From: the human T2T-CHM13v2.0 reference genome, Homo sapiens
NCBI RefSeq assembly: GCF_009914755.1
Contig: NC_060934.1
Length of the DNA: 64,000 nt
Strand: one strand, 5' to 3'
Positions 1 to 13,828 of this stretch are shown piece after piece. Numbering within the stretch: position 1 is the stretch's first letter; each line of letters begins with the position of its first letter. Made by a program: the position numbers and the translations under genes. The notes beneath the pieces are model-generated. The model did not search any database. It had not been told where the DNA came from and saw only the letters and a list, made by a program, of their open reading frames with translations.

Positions 1-637
1 GACCTTCCACACCAGCCTCACCTGCCTGCACCCAATGGACCTTCCACAACAGGCTCACCTGCCTGTAGCCAATGGACCTTCCACACCAGACTCACCTGCC
101 TGCAGCCAACAGACCTTCCACACCAGACTCACCTGCCTGCAGCCAATGGACCTTCCACACCAGACTCACCTGCCTGCAGCCAATGGACCTTCCACACCAG
201 ACTTACCTGCCTGCAGCCAATGGACCTTCCACACCAGCCTCACCTGCCTGCACCCAATGGACCTTCCACAACAGGCTCACCTGCCTGTAGCCAATGGACC
301 TTCCACACCAGACTCACCTGCCTGCAGCCAACGGACCTTCCACACCAGACTCACCTGCCTGCAGCCAACGGACCTTCCACACCAGACTCACCTGCCTGCA
401 GCCAATGGGCTTTGCACACCAGACTCACCTGTCTGCAGCCAATGGATCTTCCACACCAGGCTCACCTGTCTGCAGCCAATGGATCTTCCACACCAGGCTC
501 ACCTGTCTGCAGCCAATGGATCTTCCACACCAGGCTCACCTGTCTGCAGCCAATGGATCTTCCACACCAGGCTCACCTGTCTGCAGCCAATGGATCTTCC
601 ACACCAGGCTCACATGCCTGCACCCAATGGATCTTCC
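1..637. repeat. Minisatellite/VNTR, 37-bp unit, about 17 copies (truncated by window start)
   Basis: Unit gaccttccacaccagactcacctgcctgcagccaatg repeats at a 37-bp period; 3' units shift to gatcttcc...gctcacctgtct. Confidence 0.97.
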
Positions 638-699
638 CTGGGCATTGCCCGAGATCTATGCCCAGCCTCAGAGAGCAAAGGGCCAGGGAATCTATTCAC

Positions 700-1171
700 A
701 TCTCGTCCTGGGGCTGCCTTGCCAAATAACCACAGACTAGGGGATCTGAAACAACAGACTTTTACAATCTCCCAGTTCTGGAGGCCAGAAGTCTGAAATT
801 AAGGCATCGGCAGGGCTTCACTCCAACCAAAAATTCCAGGGGAGCACTTCCCTGCCTCCTCCACATCCCGGCGGCTCCCGGCAGTCACCACCCCCTTAAC
901 TTCCCAGCTGTGTCTCTCCAGTCTCCACGCCGTCTTCCTGTGGCCATCCTCCCTCTATCTGTGCCTCTGTGTCTCCAAATTGCCGTCTCTTTAAAAGGAG
1001 CGATTCTAAGTCCACATCACTGGACTAGGGCCGCCCTGATCCAGCATGACCTCATCTTAGCTAATTCCATCTGACAGACCCTATGGGGTTTCCACAGAAG
1101 GTCCCATTCACAGATCCTGGGGGTTAGGACTTGGACACATCTTTCTGCATGTAGTAATTCAGCCTATGACA
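700..1171 (-). mobile_element. MLT1-family (MaLR) solo LTR
   Basis: Diagnostic antisense segments cagttctggaggccagaagtctgaaat, gacctcatcttagctaatt, gggttaggacttggacacatc. Confidence 0.8.
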
Positions 1172-1174
1172 GGC

Positions 1175-1535
1175 AACCTCCATCCTCCATTCATTCCAGT
1201 GCCCACGAGATCGGGGGAGCCTTCATCCACCATTCATTCCCAGTGCCCAGGAGACCCGGGGAGCCTCCGTCCACCATTCATTCCCAGTTCCCAGGAGACC
1301 GGGGGAGCCTCCGTCCACCATTCATTCCCAGTGCCCAGGAGACCTGGGGAGCCTCCATTTGCCATTCATTCCCAGTGCCCAGGAGACCTGGGGAGCCTGC
1401 ATCCGCCATTCATTCCCAGTGCCCAGGAGACCCAGGGAACTTGCATCTGCCATTCATTCCCAGTATTCTCAGGGCTCAGGAGATCTGGGGAGCCTCCATC
1501 TGCCATTCACCCCCAGTGCCCAGGAGATCCAGGAA
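1175..1535. repeat. Minisatellite, 44-bp unit, about 8 copies
   Basis: Unit ggggagcctccgtccaccattcattcccagtgcccaggagacc(t/g); gagc recurs at 1217, 1261, 1305. Confidence 0.95.
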
Positions 1536-3409
1536 GCACCGCCAGTCTCTGAAGACCAAGCCAGGTTGAAAAGGTTGCTCCCATGACAAAATGTGTTTTT
1601 CTTCCCAATTTCAAACAATCCATCAGCACAACCAGCTCGTGTCAACCTTCACTTCACTTCCCGCTGCGTTTTCTTCATCCCCCTCCCCAACATGTATTTA
1701 TGGCCGCGCCCTCACCAACAGCCCACTGGAAGATGTGCTCTCCGAGGGGAGCTACCCTCTGCCTTGTGCCTTGCTGGTTCCCAGCAAGAGTACCTGGCAC
1801 AGAATATGCTTGGAAGCACTGGTTAAAGCACCTGCTCATTCAACAAATGCCGTCTTCCCCGTAGCCACACACATTTTATAATTAAGCAACATCTTGCTGG
1901 GCCCGGGCAACAGACCTTCCAGGCACTCACTAAAAGACAGACGTCTCCACCATCAAAGAGCACACAGTCTGGTTCGGGACAGGGTTTCATATTTTCCTTT
2001 GACTTTCACCTAGAAAGCACTAACTAGCTAGATTTTCTCTGTTTTCCAAGGAATTTGCACATCAAACGAATTTTCAATAGGCGCCCTCAGATGAGGAGGA
2101 GATGGCGTTATTTCCTGACAGGTGTAGTGTGTCTGCCCTGCATAGGAGGGAGGCACAGCTTTTCAGGGGCGGCACCTGCAGAGACTGCGAATCTTCACTC
2201 AGCACTCAGGCCTGCTAGCACCAGGGCCTGGCTTCCTGTCCCCTTCGGAGAAAGACAAGACAGGCAGGAGGAAAAGCAGGATGATGGAGGAGTGGCGGTC
2301 CCCAAAACCACAGCGGGCTCGGACCGCTATGGGTTTCAGGGAAGGGGTCGGTGGAGGGTAATGGCAAAGGCCCTGGGAGGCAGGCAGCACAGCAGTGGCG
2401 CAGCTGTACATGCCTGCACAGGTGTGTGTCATCCTGGGTCACAGGACCACAGGGAGCTGCGTTCACTGAGAATAAACCACTTGGTCAGTGTCACCACTGG
2501 GCCCCACCTGTGTCCTCAGAATGTCCTGAGTAGAGAGGCCTTTGAATTTCACCCAATGTTGAGCAAAATTCAGCCTGAGCAGGGCCTCCCCATGCAGCTC
2601 TGAGACCCTGTTGCTGCTGCTGCGGGGGCCTGTTTCAGTGGAATCCCCCAATGCACCCTTGCAGCAGGGACTGGGGTGTAGGCAGCTTCTAGGGAGGTGA
2701 TGCAGGAAGTAGGAGTGAGGGGCAGGTGAGTTTTCGGGGACAGAGGGAGCATAGCGTGAGGTTGTGCTGTGCAATGGCTGTTGTGCACCAAGGGGCCAAT
2801 TCCTCAGGGCTCTCAGAAGCATGCAGAACTCTCCCAGATGTCCCCTGCTGATGGCAGCCAAGCACTGGCTCCCCCGTCTCCCCTGGCCACGTGGTGCGCT
2901 CAGCCAACCCGGACCTACTGGACTGAAGCAACTGGAAGAGCTGGCCAGTCACACGACTGCAGGAGGACTCTGACCCCACGGGCCCTCAGCCTGCCTTCTG
3001 GCGGACTTGCTACTGGACCCCATGATAGCATCAACCTCAGAGGCGAGCCGTTGGCTCCAAAGACCCAGAGGAACCCCCTGCCCCAGGGCCTTCCTCCCAC
3101 CCTGTCCATCGGATCCTCAGCAAAGCCTCCTGGGTACAGCTACACATGGCAAGGTTCGGGGACCATCCAGATGGGTCCAGCAGGGTGCAGAGGCCATTCC
3201 AGCTCCTGGTGTCTGAGGCAGAGGGCACTCTGAGACCAGCAGGGACTCGGGGGTCCTTCCAGGGTGGAGGGCATGTAGACAGGCTATGGGAAGGCTGCAC
3301 ACCAGCGGAGGGCGTGGCTGGGAGACCCCAGCTCCCAGCCCAGTCAGAGCACCAGTGGGATTCCAGGAATGTGAGAAAACTCAAGCAGAAAGGATTTTCG
3401 GCAAGGATG

Positions 3410-3649
3410 TGCAGTCCAGACCGCCTCTGGGATCCCCAAGGTTCAGTTCCCCCCAGCCCTGTAGATCGCTGTCCGCTTGCCAAGTTTATCACACACCCTG
3501 CGTGCACCTGCAGAGTAACCAGGCAGCAGAGATCTGCAGGACGGGCTCAGAGCACGGCTGTGCTCCAGGGACCGTGGCCAGCAGCTCTTGGGCAGGCGCG
3601 CCCTGTCCGGTGGGTGCCCAGGGCCTCCTGACACCTCAGTGCCGACATC
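3410..3649 (+). repeat. 240-bp segment A, duplicated at 7101-7340
   Basis: Ungapped direct match from tgcag(t/c)ccagacc to g(c/t)gacatc, with only scattered substitutions. Confidence 0.95.
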
Positions 3650-4305
3650 CCTCCCAGTTCTGAGGATGGGGTGGCCTTGCGTTCTCCCTCGTGGTACTGC
3701 TTGTCTTCTGTTTAGAAAAGTGAGCTAGAAGTTGCAAAATGCCAAACGGTGGGTTTTATATTAAAATAAGATGGATCTGGGTTCTGTCACTAGGGCGTTG
3801 GGAAATTGTTGACAGCATTTTAATTGCAAAGTGTCTAAAACTAGTGACAGAATCATTGGCTGCTAGGACCGATGCTCCAGGAGGCTGGCTCTTGGCATCT
3901 CAGGATCTTGGAATGATGCTGGGCCACAGAGGAGTGATCTGGGGGCCAGGGTGAGCTGGCAGGTTGGGGAGGTGAGGTCTGAGGGGTCACCCCCCAGCCC
4001 ATGCCCTGCACCAATGGCCCTCTATGGGGTCTCACAGGGATCCAGGGGAACATGGGCTCTAACTCAAGACTGGACATGAATTTCCCAGAAGATATTAATG
4101 ACCAAGCGTATCAGGACAGACACACCCAGCAGATTCAACACCGCCACCTGCAGAGGTGACCATCAGCCAAACATCAGGAGCGTCCTGGTGATGACTGGGA
4201 CTTTGCCCTTGTGGGCAGAGGGGGAGGTCAGAGGGCACAGCCGAGGTGGTGTGGGAGGGTGGCCTTGCCGTTAACATAGACCCTGAAGCAGCATCAACAA
4301 CAATG

Positions 4306-4561
4306 TGAGAACCCTAGCGTCCACGTGAGAACCCTACCGTTCCACGTGGGAACCCTACCGTCCACGTGGGAACCCTACTGTCCACGTGGGAACCCTACCA
4401 TCCACGTGAGAACCCTACCGTCCATGTGGGAACCCTACCGTCCACGTGGGAACCCTACTGTCCACGTGGGAACCCTACCGTCCACGTGAGAACCCTACCG
4501 TCCATGTGGGAACCCTACCGTCCACGTGGGAACCCTACTGTCCACGTGAGAACCCTACCAT
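4306..4561. repeat. Minisatellite, 20-bp unit, about 13 copies, E-box array
   Basis: Unit tccacgtgggaaccctaccg; 10 CACGTG and 2 CATGTG. Confidence 0.97.
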
Positions 4562-6029
4562 CGTGCAATAATTGTCCCGCCTCTACATTTGTTTGTTTGG
4601 TTTTATTTTGAAATATATTTTCTACATAGTGGAGGTTATCAGAATCTTAATTATGAATAATTATTTCCAACTTAATCAAGACCCATATAATAATCATTCC
4701 CAGCTTCATTAAGACTCATATAAGTAATACATTTAATTTATTAAAGGTTTGGATGAAACAATTGCCTGCAGGTAAATCTCCAGATAATTTGAAAAAGCAA
4801 CATCATTGCCCTCGATCTTCCTGAGACTGTGCCCGGCAAAGACACCAGCAGGACTTCCCAGGCTGCTTAGCAGGAGCCACCTTCAGGTCCGCAGGCCCCA
4901 CCTCCCAGGCAGCCCTGGGCGCCTCTGGCAGCAGAGCCTGCTCTGCCCATGCATATGGCAGCCAGAAAGTGCCAGGCGCGGCAGTCCACCCGTGGCGATG
5001 GGAGTGGTGGGTGACGTCCCCAGCCCCCACCTCCTCGGGATGGGGAAGACTTTGAGGGGCGTGTTCTGCCCAGTTTCAGAATCCCCCAGGAGGATGGAGC
5101 CCCAGTTGCCAGCACTGGGAACCCGCTAGGTTCCGAGCCTTGGTTGGCTGCATTCTCCCCAGCCCACGTCCCCCCTCCACACCCCCACTGCTGTTTCCTG
5201 GAACTGGCTCCCGAAAAACAAGCTTGCATCCAGTCCCTGTCGCAGAATCTGCTCCTGTTTATTCCAATGACGTACAGGCATGTTCTGCTGCCCTGTACGC
5301 TCTGGCTTGTATTTGGAAATGCAAGAGTCATCTCATGTAACAGCAAGATTGTAACTTTTAAAATAAAGCAGCCTCAAAACAGAAAATTATGAAGAAAGCA
5401 TGGATTCCTCAAAGTTAACCCCTGTGTCCTTCTTCAGAGGAATCCCACCTCCGCCCCAGGCCCGGTGAGATGGCAAAGCCACCTCGGAGAACGTGACGTG
5501 GATGGCAGCTGCTCAGGACACAAGATCAGAGACAGGCAGGTGTTGTCCTGCTCCTAGGATTGGCCCACACAGAGGGTCTTTGCCGACACATTTTCAGTTT
5601 TCAAGATAAATCGGTGGAAGAAATCTGAAGTTCTCACTGTTTGCTCCCCAGATGTCATGGCAACCTTCACCTCCACTTCACGCACACCCACTATTCCCTT
5701 CAAACAAATGGTGTAAAATGAGCTTTGTTGTTTCTTTATGGACAGATTAGATCATGTAGCTGATCATGTTGCCCTTTTCATGTGGGTCCCTAGAAAGCAC
5801 ATTTTCTCAAACTCAAAAGGCCCTCTGCATCCTGCATATCTGCACTCTTACTTTCTCCAGGATAAAACTGGTTTCTCTGTGCCATTTTATTTTTATTTGT
5901 CACTATGCTTTTCCACTTCTATGCATTATACTAAGACACTTCAGATATCTTGGAAATGAGTAGAGTATGGCTGCCTACAAACCTACACACAAACACTGAG
6001 CAGACACTCACAGGCACATAAATGCCACA

Positions 6030-6670
<641 letters not shown>

Positions 6671-6828
6671 GGCACAGGCGAGGGCTCAAGGTCACCGCCA
6701 GTGCCCTATTTGCAAGGCGCACGCACCTCCCCCTCCGCGGAGCACGCACAAGTGCTGGGCCCTGCGTTTCTCTGCTAAGTCACGTCAGCAGGAGCTGGGT
6801 CAGCAACTTCTTCCATACAGGGCCGGGT

Positions 6829-6936
6829 CATCGTTTATGCTTTTGGGTCCATGTGGTCTCTGCCATGCCTAGTGGTTGACAATGTGAAGTGGGTAGGTGC
6901 GACCTCTCTCCAATTAAACTTGTTGCCCAGAGGCAG
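6829..6936 (+). repeat. 108-bp segment B, duplicated at 7337-7444
   Basis: catcgtttatgcttttgggtcc...aattaaacttgttgcccag(a/g)ggcag present twice. Confidence 0.95.
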
Positions 6937-7100
6937 GTGGAGTGTTGTCATTTGCCGGCCCATGGTACAGAGACACTTGTGCACGTGGACATCAGGCAAA
7001 TGGCCACAGTAGCAACAGGCTGGAAGCAGCCCCCTCACCACTACCCAAGTGAAATGGCACAGTCCTGCATGGGGCCAGGGGAACCTGGCAACCCCTCACC

Positions 7101-7444
7101 TGCAGCCCAGACCACTTCTGGGATCCCCAAGTTCCAGTTCCCCCCAGCCCTGTAGATCGCTGTCCACTTGCCAAGTTTATCACACGCCCTGCGTGCACCT
7201 GCAGAGTAACCAGGCAGCAGAGATCTGCAGGATGGGCTCAGAGCTCAGCTATGCTCCGGGGACCGTGGCCAGCAGCTCTTGGGCAGGCGCGCCCTGTCCG
7301 GTGGGTGCCCGGGGCCTCCTGACACCTCAGTGCTGACATCGTTTATGCTTTTGGGTCCTTGTGGTCTCTGCCACACCTAGTGGTTGACAATGTGAAGTGG
7401 GTGGGTGTGACCTCTCTCCAATTAAACTTGTTGCCCAGGGGCAG
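7101..7444 (+). repeat. Composite duplicate A'+B' (copies of 3410-3649 and 6829-6936)
   Basis: A' and B' overlap on shared catc at 7337-7340. Confidence 0.95.
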
Positions 7445-7506
7445 ATGAGGCTCATTTGGGATGAATCTCAGAATCCAGCATCAGCAAATACAGAAACTCG
7501 GGGACA

Positions 7507-7507
<1 letters not shown>

Positions 7508-7542
<35 letters not shown>
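7508..7542. repeat. (CA)n microsatellite, about 17 units
   Basis: Perfect acacac... tract. Confidence 0.97.
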
Positions 7543-7543
<1 letters not shown>

Positions 7544-10539
7544 CCAGCAGCAAACAGAGCAGAACCATTCCTTCTTTAGAGAAACACAGAGATGCAGCAG
7601 ACTGTGCAGAGAAACAAGGAAGAATCATCAGGAAACTGGAGGTAGCGTTTCCCCGGGGGTGAGAGGAGAGGGAGGGAGCTGCCGTGGGGCGGGGTCCCAG
7701 GGGTCTCACCTCCCAGGGTGTTCTCTTCCTCAGGATGAGCGGTGCCTACACGGGGCCTCATTTTACTATTTTTCTTGAAGTGAACCTGCACATTTTCACA
7801 CTCTCTCCCTATTTGATGTATTTTATAATTTATTTTTAATTTTAGAAGGAACAGGGATGAAGAGCCCCAGGCATTCACAGGAGGTGCCCCCTAATTCCGA
7901 GATGGAATGGGGGTGGCCAAGATGAGTGAGCACCTAGGAGAGAAGTGAGCAGAGCCCAGGAGCACCAGGAGGGGTCCAGGCAGCAGCAGGATGTCACAGG
8001 CTGATGTCACAGGCGTGAGGGTTGCCCACGAGAAGGGGCCAGGATGTCAGAGAGCCCATGGGGCAGGGGCAGATGGAGCAGCAGCACCTGTGGAGAGGCA
8101 GAGGATACACCAACAGGAAGGAGCAGCTGCTGGCCCATCCCCTAAGAGCAGGGCCTTGGAGCCAGGGAGCCAACCCTCCTCCCTGTGTCCCCGCCATGCA
8201 GCCGCACCCATTCCTGAACTTTCACTTCTCATCAAAACACAGGGGTGGAAATAGTTCCTAAGGTTGGTGTGATCACTGGGATGAAGCACTAAGCCTGTGA
8301 CATATTCCAAGTGCCCTGCAGACGCCTGGACCCGACAGGTGTCCAACAGCCAAGTGCGCCCACCACTGCCTCTCTCAAAGGTCATTCCTGGCTGCAGGTC
8401 GGGTTCTCTGGGAAGCGGAAGCTGTGGTGGAGTCAGGTGCCGGGACGTTTGTGGGGAAGCTCCCGGGAAGGGAGGGAAGAATACAGTGAGCAGAGGGAGG
8501 AGAGGAGCTGCACCGCAAACCCCAACAGCAGCTGGTCACCCCCGGAGCTCTGGGGCTGACAGGGCCATGGCCACCAGAGCCGTCCCACTTTGGGCCAAAG
8601 TGGGCAGACCTGCACTCCATGCTTGGGGAGCGGGGGGACTCCCATCTACCCACTACATGCCCCATGACCGGGAATAGGTCTTTCCTTGAGGAGTCCAGGC
8701 CGGGGGCATCACCAGGTCCCTCACTGCTGTCCTGTTAGGATCACCCAGCCCCACTGGAGCAGGGAAAAGCTCAGACATAAATTGGAAGAAATGATCCACT
8801 GGGCATTTTCCATCCCTGGTGATTAAAGGAAAAGATAAAGCGGCTCCACATTGAGACGGAGGCTTCGGGAGTGAGAGGAAACTTCACTGGATGAGAAACA
8901 TTCCAAAGACACAAAACAAAGTGAAGGGACACACTGAAGACATTTCTCTGAGCTACAGGCTGGCAAAGACGGATGATGATGATCAGAAAGATGGATTGAG
9001 GGTGCGATTAGGAACACACAAAAGTTTAAGACAGACGACACGCACGGCTCACATTAGTCTCAGCTGAAGCAATGCCTGGTCATAGTCAAGGGGCATCACT
9101 CCAAGTTCACAAACAAGGGGTCAGGAGTGGCCTCTTGACCATGTCCATTAGTCCAGAAACTGCAGCCCCTGAAGGCTGCTCGCGGTTCAAGACAGAGCTA
9201 TGCTTGACTGCTTCCGGTTGGCACACTCTTGCGCTCTCTCTCTCTCTCTCTGTTTTTAATGAAGGACATCTTCACAGAGAGTGGGTCCTTCACACAAGTG
9301 TCGCATAAATCATCCTCTTACCTGGTGCTCCTCGCTACCAGGTGTGGGATTTCCCATAGTCCTGGGTGTGCAAGGCAGATACAAACATGCCAGGTCAGAG
9401 ATGCAGGGAGTGGGGTGGGCGTTATGCAGGAAAAGACCAGCTAAGCTGCAAAAACCAACAATTCCCAAATCCCAGTGGATGTCAGCCCTTAAAGTGAAGC
9501 TCTCGCTTTTGCAAATCTTGATCAGATGATGTCCACGTGGTGACTCAGAGCTGAAGGGGTTAGAGAGTGAGTGTGGGGCTGTGGGGGAGTGTGTCTGGCC
9601 ACAGGGGAGGACGGTGTGTCTATGTGCTCATCTGTGTGAGTGTGTGTTTATGCACAAGTGTGCCCGAGTGTGTGGGTATGCGTGCATTTGGGACAAGGAA
9701 ATGAGCAGATGGGAGGAAAGGGGAAGACCAGAAGTCACCCGAAGCTGAGTTTTCCTGGCAGATGCATGAGTTATAAAACTGATTCTGCTTCTACAAAACA
9801 TCCCTGCTGATAAAGTCGGAATCTGTCAAAAAGGTGTTTTCTGTTAGGAACAGAGCAGCTTTGCCCGTATGTAATTCGGTGGCAAAAGACCCAAATCCTA
9901 CATGTTCAACAGACGCACAACTGATCCATGCATTGATTTCTGTTGTCCACACTAATGCACATTTTGCAGACGGGCTGGTGGAGACTGCTCACTTCCCACT
10001 CTGCACCCACTGCGCTGAAGTTTATGAAACCGAACCGAGCACCTGGCCAGGCCCTTCCCACCCCTCCCCGAGGGGCCCAGGCCAGGCAAGCAGGAAGGAA
10101 GGAAGCAAGGGGAGCAGGAAGAAGGAAGGTGAGTAAGATAGAGGGGCAGATAGAGGACAGCAGAACAGGCAGGGCCCCTGGCTGAGATGCTGGCTGGGCC
10201 CTCGGCCAGGTGCTCTGACCGTAGAGGACAATGGACTCCTCCCTGCCTCGGGTGCCTCTGGCCAGCTCTGCTCCCCCGCAGTCTGGAGGGTCAGCGAAGT
10301 GGCTTTCTTGCTGCGTGTCCCTCTGGTGTGTGGTGGGTTGGGGAAGGTGCGCATCCCTCCCTTTGCTTGTTTACTCACCTCTTATCTGCTGGAGTGTGCA
10401 GAGAGGATGCAGTCTCCCCAACAGAGTGTGTGTCGAGTGGGAGAAACCACCCTCAAAGTCCATGAATTAAGTAATTGCTTGGTTGGACAGAAACTAGCAA
10501 GGAGCTGAAGTAGAGAACGACCAGGAGGATGACTTCAGA

Positions 10540-10720
10540 TGTGGTGCACCCAGGAAAGGTCTCCCATGAACATTCAGGCAGGAACTCTAAGGACACACAG
10601 GCACAGGCCAGGTGAAGTGTGGCAGGAACAGCATGCCAGGCAGAGGGAACAGCATATGCAAACCCACAGAGGGAAAGAGGTTGGTGCAGAGCCCCACACT
10701 GTGGGAGTGCAACAAGCCGG
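10540..10720. mobile_element. Possible L2 remnant
   Basis: ccaggcagagggaacagcatatgcaaa resembles the L2 3' region. Confidence 0.4.
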
Positions 10721-11759
10721 GGGAGAGTGGCCTAGGTGCCAGGAGACCCCGCCGCCCTCCGGTGTGAGCCCGGCTGTCCCCCGTCAGGTGCTGATCCCAT
10801 GGCCTCCCTACTGTACTTTCCGAGAACTCCGGCGTGAAGAAAGCGGCAGTGAAGACAGTCCCTTTCCATTTCCCTTTGGAGAACACAGTGTGTAGGGATT
10901 GAACACAATTAGGATCTTGGGCTAATTCACATGCAGATGCCACATGTGAGGAGGCTGGGGGTGGGCAAAAAGGTGAGTTCCTGAGAGCTCTGGGGTCTCT
11001 GTGTGAAATTTCATGCACGCATCACAGCCACTGGAACACCGCAGGGGTCAGCCGCTCACGTGCCCCAGCCCCCAGACTGCGGATGCACCTGGCACTCCAC
11101 CCTCCATGGACGACCGAGAGCCTTCGAAGGAACAACATCCTGGCACCAAGCCAAGAGGAGGCAGGATAGTGCCCCCAGGTTATATTCTGAATGAAACACC
11201 TCCGGCAGCACCGGCTCAAGTGACATCACCCAAATCTCCATCTGGGCTTTCTGGAGTCAGACCCAGGGGCGGAGCAGTGACCACACGCTCCAGGAGTCCC
11301 AGGCTGGTGGCTCTTCCTTTTCAACCAGCTTTCCACTAAAGAGGGTCCAGTCCTCTAAAAACAAAAACCACCGGACACCGGAGCAGTTAGCCACAGAGAC
11401 TTGCGGCCCCCTCTGCAACTGAACATGCGCCGGGTTTCTACACTGCCCTCTGCACGGCATCTCCATATGGCGAGACTCTCTCTTTCAGGCCGTGTGGTGT
11501 CACAGCAGGGGCTCGTGGGTTAAAGCTGCTGTGACCGCACATTCCCCAGGGAGGGTGCAAGGCCAAGGGGCAGAACGATCACGACTGACCCCAGGCTCTG
11601 CAGGCGCAGCCCACCAGGCAGCCCCACCTCCGCACGTGGGCCTACTCAGGTTTCCCCAGAAGCGGCCTGAGTGAAAGGACCATGCTGGGTTTGCTGCGGG
11701 GGTGGCTACGGTCATAAAGGCGGGGGCAGGTCTGTGTGGTGGAACTGCTGCGTACCCGA

Positions 11760-12861
<1,102 letters not shown>

Positions 12862-12869
12862 GGTGAAGA

Positions 12870-13170
12870 ATTTTTTAAATTATTGGGGCACAGGTGATGT
12901 TTGGTTACATGGGTAAGTTCTTTAGGGGTGATTTGTGAGATTTTTGTGCACCCATCACCCAAGCAGTATACACTGCACCCAGTTTGTAGTCTTTTACCAC
13001 TCACCCCCTTCCCACACTTTCCCCAAGTCCACAAAGTCCATTGTGCCGTCCTTATAGCTTAGCATCCACTTATGAGTGAGAACATGTGATGTGTGGTGTT
13101 CCATTCCTGAGTTGCTTCACTTGGAATAATAGTCTCCAATCTATCCAGGTCACTGGGAATGCCATTAATT
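12870..13170 (-). mobile_element. L1PB-like 3' end, 5'-truncated
   Basis: tttggttacatgggtaagttctttag...gtgcacccatcacccaagcagtatacactgcaccc...atgagtgagaacatg. Confidence 0.85.
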
Positions 13171-13372
13171 TAAAAAAAAATCTCTAGGTTGCAAAGATTT
13201 CAATAAATGTGTTCCTAATTAGAACTGTTTCTAAAGAAGCCGGGCTGGACGGCATCACGACAAAAGCGTGCACCCCCATTCCCTCCACCTGCCTCATTTT
13301 CCACCCACAGGAAAAGGATTTACATGGTCTGTCCCAAAAGTGATGATTCGTGATGGATCTGAAGACCCAGCC

Positions 13373-13828
13373 TGTGGTCCGCAGGATAACACCGCCCTGA
13401 AAAATGTGTCCGTGTCTCAACCCTGAAACGCAGCAATATGTTATTTTATGTGGCAAAGGGGGCTTTGCAGAGGCGATTAAATTGAGGGTTTTGAGACAGG
13501 AAGAGTCCCCTGGGCTTGCTGGTTGGGTCCTTGGCATTGTAAGGGGCCTTATGCCAGAGAGGTAGGAGGGTCAGGGCAGGAAAGAGGCTGGCCTTGAAGA
13601 TGCAGGGAGCGGCCATGAGCCAAGACACAGGGTGGCCTGTGGAAGCCAGAGAAAGTGCGGAAACTAATCCTCCCTGGAGCCTCTAGAAGGAACCAGCCCT
13701 GCCGATACCTTGATTTTAGCCCAGTAAGACCCATTTCAGACTTCTGACTTCCAGAACTATAAAAGAATAAATTTGCGTTGTTTTAAGTTTGTGATCATTT
13801 GTTACAGCAGTAAAAGGCAGCTGGTACC
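13373..13828 (+). mobile_element. MLT1-family (MLT1C/D-like) solo LTR
   Basis: tgtggcaaagggggctttgcag, gaaggaaccagccctgccgataccttgattttagccc, gacttccagaactat...aataaatttg...tttgttacagcag. Confidence 0.85.

Noticed and set aside
35-796. 253-aa and overlapping ORFs
   Set aside because: Frame-rotating translation of the 37-bp VNTR running into an MLT1 LTR
4306-4561. Interstitial telomeric repeat (AACCCT in each unit)
   Set aside because: Only one hexamer per 20-bp unit and no (TAACCC)n run
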